A stretch of 64,000 bases of DNA, taken from NCBI GenBank assembly GCA_965116905.1, contig OZ220732.1, forward strand, positions 1,344,001 through 1,408,000. Direction: 5' to 3'. The notes beneath the pieces are model-generated. The model saw only the letters and a list, made by a program, of their open reading frames with translations, did no database searches and was not told the DNA's origin. Below, piece after piece: positions 47,682-58,453 of the stretch (positions within the stretch are counted from its first letter, which is position 1; each line of letters opens with the position of its first letter). The position numbers and the translations under genes were made by a program. The stretch is from Longimicrobiales bacterium. Its GTDB lineage: Bacteria; Gemmatimonadota; Gemmatimonadetes; Longimicrobiales; Gaopeijiaceae.

Positions 47682-49034
47682 ATGCGTGGCCATTGCTCCC
47701 CGAGCACCCTGGCAACTCGTGGACTGCCAGTACTCGCAGGGTTGCTGCTGGTGTTCGCCGGATGCCAGGAGGGCCAGGCTCCAACGGCCGGTGCTTTCGT
47801 GGTCCGCGACAGCGCTGGCATCGAGATCGTCGAGAGTATGGCACCGGCCTGGGACGGAGATGGTTGGACCGTGTCGGGGACGCCGAGCCTGGTCATCGGT
47901 CAGATGGGGGGAGACGAGCGCTACCTGTTCGGGGAAGTGGCCGGCGCCGTCATGCTCCGCGATGGGCGAATCGCGGTGCTCGACGGGCAGAGCGCACTGA
48001 TCCGCGTGTACTCGCCCGAGGGCGAGCACATCGAGGACTGGGGAGGACAAGGGGAAGGCCCGGGAGAGTTCACCTCCGCCCAAACCATTTCGTCGTATCG
48101 GGGCGACTCGATCCTCGTGAGCGAGTTTGTCGCACGCCGGCTTGTGATCTTCGACGACCGGGGACGGCTCGGGAGAAGCATCGTCCCGGAGATGAGGATG
48201 TCATTTGCAACCGAACAGCGCAGGCGCATGGCAGAAGGGGACCGCTCGACGGTTCCCGGGTGGAGCTGCTGCAGACTCTGGGGCTCGCTCCGGACCGGCG
48301 CCTTCCTCCTCTCCTACCCCGAGATGATCCCCAACGAGGGGAGCGGGACAAAGAGGGCGTCGGTCACGGCGGCCATCATGCCGGATGCCGGCGGGGCGGC
48401 CGAATCCGTCGGCGTCTTCGGGGGGATGACCTATGAGCTCGGCCTGCAGGGATCGCGGTCCCGATTGCAGCTCCAACCGTGGTTCAACATGGTCCCGGGA
48501 CCCGATGGGTACTATGCCACGCAGGGAGACTCCTATTCGATTGATGCATACGACCTGGGCGGCAACCTAAGGCGAATCATCCGGCTCGCCCGCGAAACCC
48601 GACCCGTCACCGATGAGATCAAGGCGGCCTACGAAGCCGGACTTCGAGATCGGCTCATGGCGCCCGGCGCGTTTATCGACGCCGACTCTCCCGAGGAAAT
48701 GCTGGACATATTGCTCGCCGGTCCCTATCCCCCACATCTCCCCACGTTCTTTCAGCTCCTCGTGGACCCGGATGGCAACATCTGGGCCGGTCAGCGTCGG
48801 TACGGTGCGGGTGATTCCGGCGCGGGCGGCACCGACGACGGCACCGTGAACGACGACTCCCAGCCGTCCGAAATGAACGAGTTCATCGTCTTCGGAGCCG
48901 ACGGGCGGTACCTCGGCATGGTCGAGCTGACAGCCGATTTTCAGGTGCTTCTTATCGGCACGGACTTCATTCTCGGGGCGCTGAGGGATGACCTCGGCGT
49001 AGCCTGCGTCCACGTTTACCGGATTGAGAAGTAG
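47682..49034 (+). CDS. 6-bladed beta-propeller lipoprotein, paralog 4 (divergent)
   Basis: FAGC lipobox, RDSAGIEIVES, GEGPGEF. Confidence 0.82.
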   Translation: MRGHCSPSTLATRGLPVLAGLLLVFAGCQEGQAPTAGAFVVRDSAGIEIVESMAPAWDGDGWTVSGTPSLVIGQMGGDERYLFGEVAGAVMLRDGRIAVLDGQSALIRVYSPEGEHIEDWGGQGEGPGEFTSAQTISSYRGDSILVSEFVARRLVIFDDRGRLGRSIVPEMRMSFATEQRRRMAEGDRSTVPGWSCCRLWGSLRTGAFLLSYPEMIPNEGSGTKRASVTAAIMPDAGGAAESVGVFGGMTYELGLQGSRSRLQLQPWFNMVPGPDGYYATQGDSYSIDAYDLGGNLRRIIRLARETRPVTDEIKAAYEAGLRDRLMAPGAFIDADSPEEMLDILLAGPYPPHLPTFFQLLVDPDGNIWAGQRRYGAGDSGAGGTDDGTVNDDSQPSEMNEFIVFGADGRYLGMVELTADFQVLLIGTDFILGALRDDLGVACVHVYRIEK

Positions 49035-49054
49035 GGACTACTGCGTCAGCGCGT

Positions 49055-49093
49055 TGTCAACTACACTTTACATGATGTGACGTAAAGTTTACA
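49055..49093. repeat. 39-bp double-palindrome element, copy 4 (between convergent genes)
   Basis: TGTCAACTACACTTTACA-tga-TGTGACGTAAAGTTTACA. Confidence 0.85.
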
Positions 49094-49108
49094 CACAGGC
49101 CGCAAAAT

Positions 49109-49145
49109 CCTTGCAAATCCAGCACGCCATACCGGATTTGCAAGG
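49109..49145. terminator. Hairpin between convergent genes (possible bidirectional terminator)
   Basis: CCTTGCAAATCC-N13-GGATTTGCAAGG perfect 12-bp inverted repeat; only a short T-tract on the minus strand. Confidence 0.5.
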
Positions 49146-49177
49146 TTCGCTCGTCTTGACCACATCCCGCCCGCCCC

Positions 49178-50944
49178 CTAGACCTCCCCCCGCCTTGCCG
49201 CCCACACCGCGTAGTGACTCGCTCTCGCCGCGAACGCCATGTAGGTCAGCGACGGGTTCTGGCAGCCGGACGACGCCATCGACGCGCCGTCGATCACGAA
49301 CAGGTTGGGCACGTCCCACGCCTGGTTGTGGGCGTTGAGCACGGAAGTGGCCGGGTCGCGGCCCATGCGCGCCGTGCCCATCTCGTGGATGGTCAGCCCG
49401 GGCGGGGTCATCTCGGTGTCGATCGTGATGTCGCGGCCGCCGCCGGCCTCGAGCATTTCGGCGGCCTGCAGGGCGGCGTCGCGCATCATAGCGCGCTCGT
49501 TGTCGCTCCAGGTGCAGCTGATGCGCAGCGTGGGGATTCCCCACTTGTCGACCTGCTCGGGGTCGAGGGCCACGTGGTTCTCCTCGCGCGGGAGGCACTC
49601 GCCGAATCCCTCGATTCCGAACGACCACGGCCCCGGGCGGAGCAGGTCGCTCTTGAAATCCCCTCCAAAACCCGGCATCGACATGCCCCGCCCCCATCCT
49701 TCCCTTCTCGCCGAGCCCTGGTACCCGTACCCGCGCACGAAATCGGGCGAAGGCTCGGTGACATTGCGGAAACGGGCGATGTAGATGCCGTTGGGGCGCC
49801 GGCCACGAGTAGTGCGGTCCTCCCAGCCGGGGAAGGTCGCGCGCGCGCCGACGTCCATCGTGTGGTCCATGAGGTATTTGCCGAGCACGCCGCTTGAGTT
49901 GGCGAGACCGTCTGGGAAGTCGGCCGACATCGAGTTGAGCAGAATGCGCGTCGATTCCAGCGCGGAGGCGCCGAGGAAGACGGTGCGCGCGCGGTACTCG
50001 GACTCTTCGTGGGTCTCGGCGTCGATCACGCGGACCCCGCTGACCCGCCCGGCCCTCGGATCCCAGACGACCTCGGCGACGACGCTGTTGGGGCGCAGGG
50101 TCATGCGGCCGGTGGCCTCGGCGGCGGGGAGGGTGGCGTTGAGCGAGCTGAAGTAGCTGCGGGTACGGCATCCCCGGTGGCAGGGGCCGCAGTAGTGGCA
50201 GGCGCGCCGGCCCTTGTGATCGCGCGTGAGGACGGCGGTGCGGCCGATCGTCATGCGCCGGGTGCCGCCGAACGCGCTGTCGATCACGCCCGCCACATGC
50301 TCCTCGACGCAGGACATCTGCATCGGCGGCAGGAAGACCCCGTCCGGAACCTGCGGCAGCCCCTCCGCGCGCCCGCTGATGCCGACGAACGCTTCGACGT
50401 GGTCGTACCAGGGCGCCAGGTCGGCGTAGCGGATGGGCCAGTCGACCCCGTATCCCTCACGCGCGTTGGCCTCGAAGTCCAGGTCCGACAGCCGGTAGCA
50501 CTGCCGCGCCCACATGATCGACCGGCCGCCCACCTGCCGTCCGCGGATCCACAGAAAGGGCTTGTCCGGATCGGTCGTGTACGGGTTCTCGATGTCGTTG
50601 ACGAAGAACTTGCGGCCCACTTCGTCGCAGGCGTAGCACTGGCCCTGGACCGGCTGCTCGGCCGCCACCGCCTTGCGGTCGTTCCAGCCGCGGTACGGCA
50701 TCTGGTACGTGGGGAGGTGCTCGGCGTAGTCGCGTTCGGGCACGATCATCGGCCCCGCCTCGAGGACGAGCACGTTGGCGCCCAGTTCGGTCAGCTCCTT
50801 GGCGGCCCACCCGCCCGACATCCCCGAGCCGACGATGATCGCGTCGTACTCCTGGCGGCGCGGACGGATGTGGAACGGCCGCACGCGAAAGAGGTCCCGG
50901 CGCGCGACGGTCAGCGGCCGGCCAGCCGGTTGCCCGTCGGTCAT
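49178..50944 (-). CDS. GMC oxidoreductase flavoprotein (glycoside 3-dehydrogenase-like)
   Basis: IVGSGMSGGWAAKEL, GGRSIMW, CHYCGPC, GKYLMDH, IHEMGTARMG, CQNPSLT. Confidence 0.92.
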   Translation of the reverse strand: MTDGQPAGRPLTVARRDLFRVRPFHIRPRRQEYDAIIVGSGMSGGWAAKELTELGANVLVLEAGPMIVPERDYAEHLPTYQMPYRGWNDRKAVAAEQPVQGQCYACDEVGRKFFVNDIENPYTTDPDKPFLWIRGRQVGGRSIMWARQCYRLSDLDFEANAREGYGVDWPIRYADLAPWYDHVEAFVGISGRAEGLPQVPDGVFLPPMQMSCVEEHVAGVIDSAFGGTRRMTIGRTAVLTRDHKGRRACHYCGPCHRGCRTRSYFSSLNATLPAAEATGRMTLRPNSVVAEVVWDPRAGRVSGVRVIDAETHEESEYRARTVFLGASALESTRILLNSMSADFPDGLANSSGVLGKYLMDHTMDVGARATFPGWEDRTTRGRRPNGIYIARFRNVTEPSPDFVRGYGYQGSARREGWGRGMSMPGFGGDFKSDLLRPGPWSFGIEGFGECLPREENHVALDPEQVDKWGIPTLRISCTWSDNERAMMRDAALQAAEMLEAGGGRDITIDTEMTPPGLTIHEMGTARMGRDPATSVLNAHNQAWDVPNLFVIDGASMASSGCQNPSLTYMAFAARASHYAVWAARRGEV

Positions 50945-51597
50945 CGGCCTGCCTCCGTCGGCGTCAGCGGCGCGCACCCCTCGAAGGTGCGGAACGTGGT
51001 GCGGTACCCCAGCGCGTCCAGCCCCGGTTCCGACGTGAAGTAGGCGGTCAAGGTGAAGCGTTTGACGTCGTGGAAGAAGTGTTGAGTCTCGTCCGCGGCA
51101 GGGTCCTCGCGCAGACGGGTCAGTTCCTGGTCGAGGTCGCGGACGAAGGCCGCCTGCTCACCCGGCGCGCACTCCGCGAATGGGCTTCCGAAGCGCTCGC
51201 GGCACGCGGGGTCCACCGTATCGAGCCCGGCGAGAAAGCGGTCGCGGTCGTCGTCGTCCAGCCACCCGTCGACGAGCGCGGCCACGAACTCGATCACCCC
51301 CGCCTCCGAGGCCCCCGGCGTGTCCGTCTCCGGGATGATGATCTCGGCGAGGGCCTCCATGACACGGGCGCGCTCGGGGGTGAACAGGGACGGGGTCTGG
51401 GTGGTGGCGCCATCGGCTGCGTGGTCGGTGTCCCCGTCGCCTTCCGGCCCGCGGCCCGCCCCGTCACCACCTGCCTGCCCCGCCGAGCCAAGCACGCGCT
51501 CGCGCCAGGCCAGCAGGCGTCCGACCTCGTCGGGGGCCATGACCAGCGGCGCTCCAACGACCCCGCTCAGGACTCCGATGGCCTGCCGTCGCTTCAT
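50941..51597 (-). CDS. Gluconate 2-dehydrogenase subunit 3 family (Tat-signal partner subunit)
   Basis: MKRRQAI Tat motif, IIPETDTPGA, TLTAYFTSEPG. Confidence 0.88.
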   Translation of the reverse strand: MKRRQAIGVLSGVVGAPLVMAPDEVGRLLAWRERVLGSAGQAGGDGAGRGPEGDGDTDHAADGATTQTPSLFTPERARVMEALAEIIIPETDTPGASEAGVIEFVAALVDGWLDDDDRDRFLAGLDTVDPACRERFGSPFAECAPGEQAAFVRDLDQELTRLREDPAADETQHFFHDVKRFTLTAYFTSEPGLDALGYRTTFRTFEGCAPLTPTEAGR

Positions 51598-51645
51598 GCG
51601 TTACCGTTTCCGCCGCTTTGACGCGGTCTTGCTGGAGGACGACGG

Positions 51646-52554
<909 letters not shown>

Positions 52555-52651
52555 CCGATAATCACCAGCCCATCACAAATCATATTCAGAGCATGTATGG
52601 ACCATCATCTATCATGATCTGACATCCCACCACACCCCAGCACGGAAACCC

Positions 52652-53557
52652 ATGCTCGAAATACGAGATCTCGTCAAAGTCTACCCCGGACCCGTCGCGG
52701 CCCTGCAGGGCGTCTCGATCGATGTCTCCAGGGGAATGTTCGGTCTCCTCGGCCCCAACGGCGCGGGGAAGACCACCCTGATGCGCATCGTCGCCGGCCT
52801 GCTGGAGCCCACCTCCGGCGCGGTTCGCTTCAACGGCGAGGACGTCGTCGCCGACCCGCGGCGCATCCGCAAACAGCTCGGCTACCTGCCCCAGGACTTC
52901 GGCTTCTACCCGCATCTGACCGGCGAGGCGATGCTGCGCTACCTCCTCGTCCTCAAGGGCGTGCGTGCGCCGCAGGGCCTCAAGCGGCTCGCGGCGGAAC
53001 TCCTCGACCGGGTCAACATGTCCCACGCCGCCAAGCGCAAGGTCAAGGGCTATTCGGGCGGAATGCGTCAGCGGCTGGGGATCGCCCAGGCGCTTGCGGG
53101 TGACCCGGCCCTCATCATCGTGGACGAACCGACCGCCGGTCTGGATCCCGAGGAACGCATCCGCTTCTACCGGCTCCTGGCCGAGCTGGCCGAAGACCGC
53201 ACGGTGCTCCTGTCCACGCACATCGTCGAGGACATCTCGGTGCTGTGCCCGCGCGTGGCGATCATGTACGACGGGCGCTTCGTGGCCGATACGACGCCGG
53301 CGGAGGCTCGTGACCGGCTGGCGGGCACGATCTACCAGGGTGCCGTCGAGCAGGACGACCTCGATGAGATCGAGCGTCGCTACCGAATCACGCAGGCGAT
53401 CCTGATCGAGGGACGGAACCAGGTTCGGATCCACGTGGCGGGCGACGAGGCCGCAGACACCGGTTTGCCCGAAGGGTTCGACTCCGTGCCGCCGACGCTT
53501 GAGGACGCGTACCTGCTGCTGGCGCAGGCGAACGGATCCGCAGAGGCCGCCTCGTGA
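52652..53557 (+). CDS. ABC transporter ATP-binding protein
   Basis: GPNGAGKT, YSGGMRQR, IVDEPT, STH. Confidence 0.95.
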   Translation: MLEIRDLVKVYPGPVAALQGVSIDVSRGMFGLLGPNGAGKTTLMRIVAGLLEPTSGAVRFNGEDVVADPRRIRKQLGYLPQDFGFYPHLTGEAMLRYLLVLKGVRAPQGLKRLAAELLDRVNMSHAAKRKVKGYSGGMRQRLGIAQALAGDPALIIVDEPTAGLDPEERIRFYRLLAELAEDRTVLLSTHIVEDISVLCPRVAIMYDGRFVADTTPAEARDRLAGTIYQGAVEQDDLDEIERRYRITQAILIEGRNQVRIHVAGDEAADTGLPEGFDSVPPTLEDAYLLLAQANGSAEAAS

Positions 53558-56500
53558 GCGCCATCGCCCGCTGGTGGGAAGTCGCCCGGAGAGAGGTGCT
53601 TTCCGGCCTCCGTCGCCCGGCCTACTGGGTGTTGTTCGTCCTCCTGGCACTCCTGGCCTGGGGCTTCTCGGAGGGGGGCGTGACGATCTCCTCCGGCGAT
53701 GCCACCGTCGGAGGTGAACGTGCCCACATCACTTCCATGTTCGGTCAGGGCCTCATTCAAACCGTCCTGATCATGGGCTTCGGCGCCTGGTTCCTCGCGA
53801 TCGCAGCCGGCCTGGTGGTCATCCGCGACCTGGAGCTGGGTGTCGTCGAACTCTTCCACGCGACGCGGCTGACGCCGCGGGAATACGTCTGGGGCAAGTT
53901 CGCCGGCGCACTGGGGATCTTCCTCGTCGTGTGGCTGCTCTACCTGTGCGTGGCCGCCGGGGTGAACCACATCGTGGAGGGGGGAGACGCCGAGCACATC
54001 GGAACATTCGCGCTCGCCAACTACCTGTACCCGACGCTGCTCTTCGGACTTCCGCAAATCCTGCTCTTCGCGGGGGTGCCCTTCTTCCTGGGGACCTGGA
54101 CGCGGCAGCCGATCGTCGTCTTCGCGTTCCCGGTGGCGGTACTGCTTTTCACCCTGTTTTTCCTGACGACCTGGTCCCCCGACTGGCTTTCGCCGGAGAC
54201 CAACCGCCTGCTCATGCTCGTCGATCCGTCCGGCTTCCGCTGGCTCAACGAGACGTTCCTGACGGTAGACCGGGGGGTCGCGTTCTACAATTCGGCGCCC
54301 ATTCAACCCGATACCGGATTCCTGCTGAGCCGGGCGGCCTTCGGCGTGCTGGGGCTGGCCGCGGTGGCGGGCGCCACAAGGAGCTACGCGGGCAGGCTGC
54401 GCCGGGGTGGCAGCGATTCGCGGGTGGCCCGCTTCTTCCGCAGGCGCCGCGAACGCCGCGAGGGCTCGTTTGCGACCGTGGAGCCGGCCGCCGCTTCCCT
54501 TCGCGGCCTCGACATGGCCACCCGCCCGCTGGGCTTCTGGAGGGCGGCTCAGGCGATCGGCCGCGAGGAGATCCGCGAACTGATCCGGCGTCCGGGGATG
54601 TACCTCTTCGTGCCGCTGATCCTCTGGCAGGCAATCGTCAACTCGCTGTTCGCGATCGGCCCCTTCAATTCGCAGGTCCTGCTCACGCCGGGAGTCATGG
54701 CGGCGCGGCAACTGAACACGCTGGCGCTGCTGATCTGCGTCCTCCTGCTGTTCTACACCGTGGAGTCCCTGCACAAGGAGCGAGGGCGCCAGCTGGCCGA
54801 GATCTTCAATTCAACGCCCATTCCGACCGGGTCGATCCTTCTGGGCAAGACGATCGGCAACAGCGTGGTGGCGGGTCTGATCCTGGTGATCGGCGTGATC
54901 GCCTGCGCGATTGTCATGCTCTACCGGCAGCTCTTCCAGGGAAGCCCGGTCGGCTTCGACGTCGTCCCCTTTGTGGTGACCTGGGGCGGTGTGCTCGTGC
55001 CCACGTTCATATTCTGGACGGCGCTGGTCACCGCTCTCTTCGCCCTGTTCCGGAATCGCTACGCGGTATACGCGGTCGGGCTCTTCCTGATCATCTTCAC
55101 GGCTGTCCGGATGGCGTTTCTCGAACCGTTCGGCTGGGTCCGGAACTGGATGGCCTGGAACGCCGTCCAGTGGACCGACATGGGTACGTTTTCGCTCAAT
55201 GGACGGGAGCTGCTGCTCAATCGGATCCTGTACCTGAGCCTGGTGCCGCTGCTCGTTTTCATGGCCGTAAAGTGGTTCGGCCGCCAGGACCGCGACGCCA
55301 CGCGGGTTTTGCACCGAATACGGCCCAGGCCGATCCTGTTCGGCACCCCGCGCGTGCTCGCCTTCGCCGCGCCCGCGATCGTGCTGGCGTCGGTGCTGTT
55401 CTTCGGCGGACGGGCGGGGCGGCAGGGAGAGGCTGCCGAAGAGGCCGGCAAGGACTACTGGCGCGAAAACGTGGCGACCTGGACCGACTTCGAGATGCCG
55501 TCGGTCTCCGATGTCGACGTCAGTCTCGAATTCGAGCCTGCCGAGCGAACGGCCGCGGTGGAGGGCGAATACACCTTCTACAACCACCGGGACTACGCCT
55601 ATGAGCACCTTCCGGTCACGGCCGGTCAGTGGGATCCCATCGAATGGACGTTGAACGGGGAGGCGCACGAACCCGATGACCGTTCCAACCTCTTCGTCTT
55701 CACCCTCGAAGACCCGCTGGAACCCGGCGACTCGCTCACGATTGGCTTCAGCTACGACCTGGAGTTCCCGCAAGGCATGAGCCGGCGCGCCGGCGGTGAG
55801 GGGCAGTTCATCCTCGAGTCCGGGATCGTACTGACCGCTTTCACGCCCACGTTCATGCCCACTCCCGGATACCTCGACGGCATCGGCGTGGACGACGACA
55901 ACTCATCCGAGCCCAGGGACTACCCGGACGACTTCTACGAGGGCGAAACCGAGCCCCTGTTCGGCTGGGGCGGGGAGCCCTTCACCGTGCGCACGCAAAT
56001 CACGCTGCCGGAGGAATACACGGCCAACGGCGTCGGGCAGAAGGTCAGCGACCGGGTCGCGGACGGGCGGCGGACGGTGGTCTGGGAGACCGATCACCCC
56101 GTGGTCCTGTTCAACGTCGTGGCGGGCAAGTACGCCGTGAAGGAGGGAGACGGGACCGCGCTCTACTACCACCCGGAGCACGACTACAACATCGAGGAGA
56201 TGTCGGCCGCGCTCGACGCCGCGCGCAAGTACTACTCGGAGTGGTTCTATCCGTTCCCGTGGGATCTGCTCAAGATCTCGGAGTTCGCGGCATTTGCGAC
56301 CTATGCGCAGGGGTTCCCCACGAACATCACCTTCAGCGAGGGGATCGGTTTTCTTGCGAAGAGCGACCCCAGGTCGCACGTGGCCTTCATGGTTGTGGCG
56401 CACGAGGCCGCGCACCAGTGGTGGGGCAACCTGCTGACGCCCGGCCAGGGTCCCGGCGGCAACATCCTCTCGGAGGGGATGGCGCACTACTCGACGATGC

Positions 56501-57180
56501 TGCTGCACGAACAGGTGTACGGCGACCGCTACCGGATCGAGTTCGGCAAGCGGCTGGAGCAACAGTATGGCGACCAGCGTTTCGTGGACTCCGAGCGCCC
56601 CATGGTCGAGATCGACGGGACCCGGTCCGGGGACGGAACGGTGACCTATGACAAGGGTGGCTGGGTGCCGTGGATGCTGCAGCAGGAGATGGGGCGCGAG
56701 AACATCCTCGCCGGGCTCCAGGCCTTCATCGCGAAGTACAACCCCGACTCGGATTTCCCCGTCATTCAGGACATGCTGGCCGTGCTGCGGGACTTTGCAC
56801 CCGACACGACCGCGTTCGATGCGTTCGCCGAGCAGTGGTTCTTCGATGTGGTCGTGCCGGAGTACCGGTTCTCGGACGTGACGAAGACGGAGGAAGGGGG
56901 CGAGTGGGTGGTGCGGGGAACGCTGGAGAACGCGGGAACCGGGCGGATGCGCGTACAGGTGGGCGCGACCGCGGGAGAGCGGTGGTCGGACGAGGGTGAG
57001 GACGGGAGCCGGACCGTGGTGAACGAGGACTACCGCGACGCCCGCACCGAGGTGGAACTGGGGGCGGGGGAGTCGGCCGAGTTCGTGATTCGTGCGGACT
57101 TCGAGCCCGAGCGCGTGGTGATCGACCCGGATGTGCTGGTGCTGCAGCTGAACCGGGACGCGGCGGTGTTCGAGTTTTAG
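53554..57180 (+). CDS. ABC-2-type permease fused to C-terminal M1 aminopeptidase domain
   Basis: About 600 aa of TM helices, then HEAAHQWWG..LSEG zinc motif and YDKG; GTGA-coupled to the ATPase. Confidence 0.9.
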   Translation: MSAIARWWEVARREVLSGLRRPAYWVLFVLLALLAWGFSEGGVTISSGDATVGGERAHITSMFGQGLIQTVLIMGFGAWFLAIAAGLVVIRDLELGVVELFHATRLTPREYVWGKFAGALGIFLVVWLLYLCVAAGVNHIVEGGDAEHIGTFALANYLYPTLLFGLPQILLFAGVPFFLGTWTRQPIVVFAFPVAVLLFTLFFLTTWSPDWLSPETNRLLMLVDPSGFRWLNETFLTVDRGVAFYNSAPIQPDTGFLLSRAAFGVLGLAAVAGATRSYAGRLRRGGSDSRVARFFRRRRERREGSFATVEPAAASLRGLDMATRPLGFWRAAQAIGREEIRELIRRPGMYLFVPLILWQAIVNSLFAIGPFNSQVLLTPGVMAARQLNTLALLICVLLLFYTVESLHKERGRQLAEIFNSTPIPTGSILLGKTIGNSVVAGLILVIGVIACAIVMLYRQLFQGSPVGFDVVPFVVTWGGVLVPTFIFWTALVTALFALFRNRYAVYAVGLFLIIFTAVRMAFLEPFGWVRNWMAWNAVQWTDMGTFSLNGRELLLNRILYLSLVPLLVFMAVKWFGRQDRDATRVLHRIRPRPILFGTPRVLAFAAPAIVLASVLFFGGRAGRQGEAAEEAGKDYWRENVATWTDFEMPSVSDVDVSLEFEPAERTAAVEGEYTFYNHRDYAYEHLPVTAGQWDPIEWTLNGEAHEPDDRSNLFVFTLEDPLEPGDSLTIGFSYDLEFPQGMSRRAGGEGQFILESGIVLTAFTPTFMPTPGYLDGIGVDDDNSSEPRDYPDDFYEGETEPLFGWGGEPFTVRTQITLPEEYTANGVGQKVSDRVADGRRTVVWETDHPVVLFNVVAGKYAVKEGDGTALYYHPEHDYNIEEMSAALDAARKYYSEWFYPFPWDLLKISEFAAFATYAQGFPTNITFSEGIGFLAKSDPRSHVAFMVVAHEAAHQWWGNLLTPGQGPGGNILSEGMAHYSTMLLHEQVYGDRYRIEFGKRLEQQYGDQRFVDSERPMVEIDGTRSGDGTVTYDKGGWVPWMLQQEMGRENILAGLQAFIAKYNPDSDFPVIQDMLAVLRDFAPDTTAFDAFAEQWFFDVVVPEYRFSDVTKTEEGGEWVVRGTLENAGTGRMRVQVGATAGERWSDEGEDGSRTVVNEDYRDARTEVELGAGESAEFVIRADFEPERVVIDPDVLVLQLNRDAAVFEF

Positions 57181-57222
57181 GGGTGGAAGCCGTGTGGCGC
57201 GGGTTACGCCGACGGAATCATG

Positions 57223-57609
57223 TCATCTGCGCTCGGCATCCATGGCTCGGTCGGCATCCAGGCCGTGGTCGGTCCCCCTGACGCTGATACTCCTGCGCAA
57301 GGCCTGCACTATCCACGAATTTATGCTCATTCGGTTGGCGACTGCCGCCTCGGCCACGACGGCGTGAAGTTCAGAGCCAAGGCGCAGGTTCAGCTTCCCT
57401 GAGAACGGCCGTCTGGGCTCGACTCCGTCTTCCTTGCACCACTTGAGGTAGTCATCCACCGACCGTTCGAACTCCCTGCGTAGCTTCTTGGTATCCGTTG
57501 CCTCGAAAGTTGCGATTGGATACGGACCACTGTTGACGATCCGTCCATGCAGGACGTCGATGGAGTCGTCGAACTCCACCTCGGCGACGTATCCCTTGTA
57601 CTCCATCAT
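57223..57609 (-). CDS. hicB: HicB-family antitoxin (full length, orphan)
   Basis: MEYKGY, SVDDYL.WC, PFSGKLNLRL..ELH, SINSWI RHH domain. Confidence 0.88.
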   Translation of the reverse strand: MMEYKGYVAEVEFDDSIDVLHGRIVNSGPYPIATFEATDTKKLRREFERSVDDYLKWCKEDGVEPRRPFSGKLNLRLGSELHAVVAEAAVANRMSINSWIVQALRRSISVRGTDHGLDADRAMDAERR

Positions 57610-57628
57610 GGCTCCACTCCCGCGGCTC

Positions 57629-58453
57629 TCAGACCGGTGCCTCCCCCTGGATCGTGACCCGGTAGCCCGACCTTGTCGCCGGCCAGTAGTCCCAGATCGC
57701 GTGATGCTGGGCGGAGCGGTTGTCCCAGAACGCGATCGAATTCCTGCGCCAGCGGAAGCGGCACTGGAAATCCGGGCGCGCGACGTGCTCGTACAGCAGA
57801 GCCAGAATCCCGCGGCTCTCCGCCGGCGGCAGCCCCACGATGTACTGCGTGAACATCGGGTTCACGAAGAGTGCCTTGCGGCCGGTGACCGGATGCGTGC
57901 GCACGACCGGATGCTCCGCCGACGGATAGCTGCGGCCGCCGTCGTCACGGCCGATGATCCGGTTCGTTTCGCGATAGTACGGCCCGCCGTCGTGCACCGC
58001 GGTCAGGCCGTCGAGAAAGGTCCGCATCCGCTCCGAGAGCGCCTCGTAGGCGGCGTACATGTTCGCGAAGAGCGTGTCGCCCCCGGTCTCGGGCACCGTG
58101 TGCAGCCGCAGAATCGACCCCATCGGGGGCAGCGGATCGCACGACACGTCGGAGTGCCACTGCTCACCCGCGACCCGCCGCGAGTTCTCGTCCGCGTGGA
58201 TGGGCATGACCTCGGGGTGGCCGTCGACCCCGGGGTCGTTCGGGTGCGCGACCAGCTCCCCGAAGCGAGCGCCGAGTTCCTTCTGGCTCTCGATCGAGAT
58301 GTCCTGATCGCGGAAGAAGATGACGCAGTGATCCATGAGGGCGTCGTGAATCAGCTGGAAGTCGGCATCGGTGATGTCGTCGAGGTCCAGACCATGGACT
58401 TCGGCGCCGATCACCGGCGTGACGGGTCTGACCTGCGGGCTTGTTGTGCTCAT
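57629..58453 (-). CDS. TauD/TfdA-family 2-oxoglutarate-dependent dioxygenase
   Basis: IGAEV.GLDL, WHSDVS, GGDTLF, HPVVRTHPVTG, WDNRSAQH. Confidence 0.93.
   Translation of the reverse strand: MSTTSPQVRPVTPVIGAEVHGLDLDDITDADFQLIHDALMDHCVIFFRDQDISIESQKELGARFGELVAHPNDPGVDGHPEVMPIHADENSRRVAGEQWHSDVSCDPLPPMGSILRLHTVPETGGDTLFANMYAAYEALSERMRTFLDGLTAVHDGGPYYRETNRIIGRDDGGRSYPSAEHPVVRTHPVTGRKALFVNPMFTQYIVGLPPAESRGILALLYEHVARPDFQCRFRWRRNSIAFWDNRSAQHHAIWDYWPATRSGYRVTIQGEAPV

Noticed and set aside
52555..52651. AT-rich gap with several ATCA/TGAT words upstream of the ABC ATPase
   Set aside because: Probably a promoter region, but I could not define a consistent repeat, palindrome or copy of the 39-bp element.
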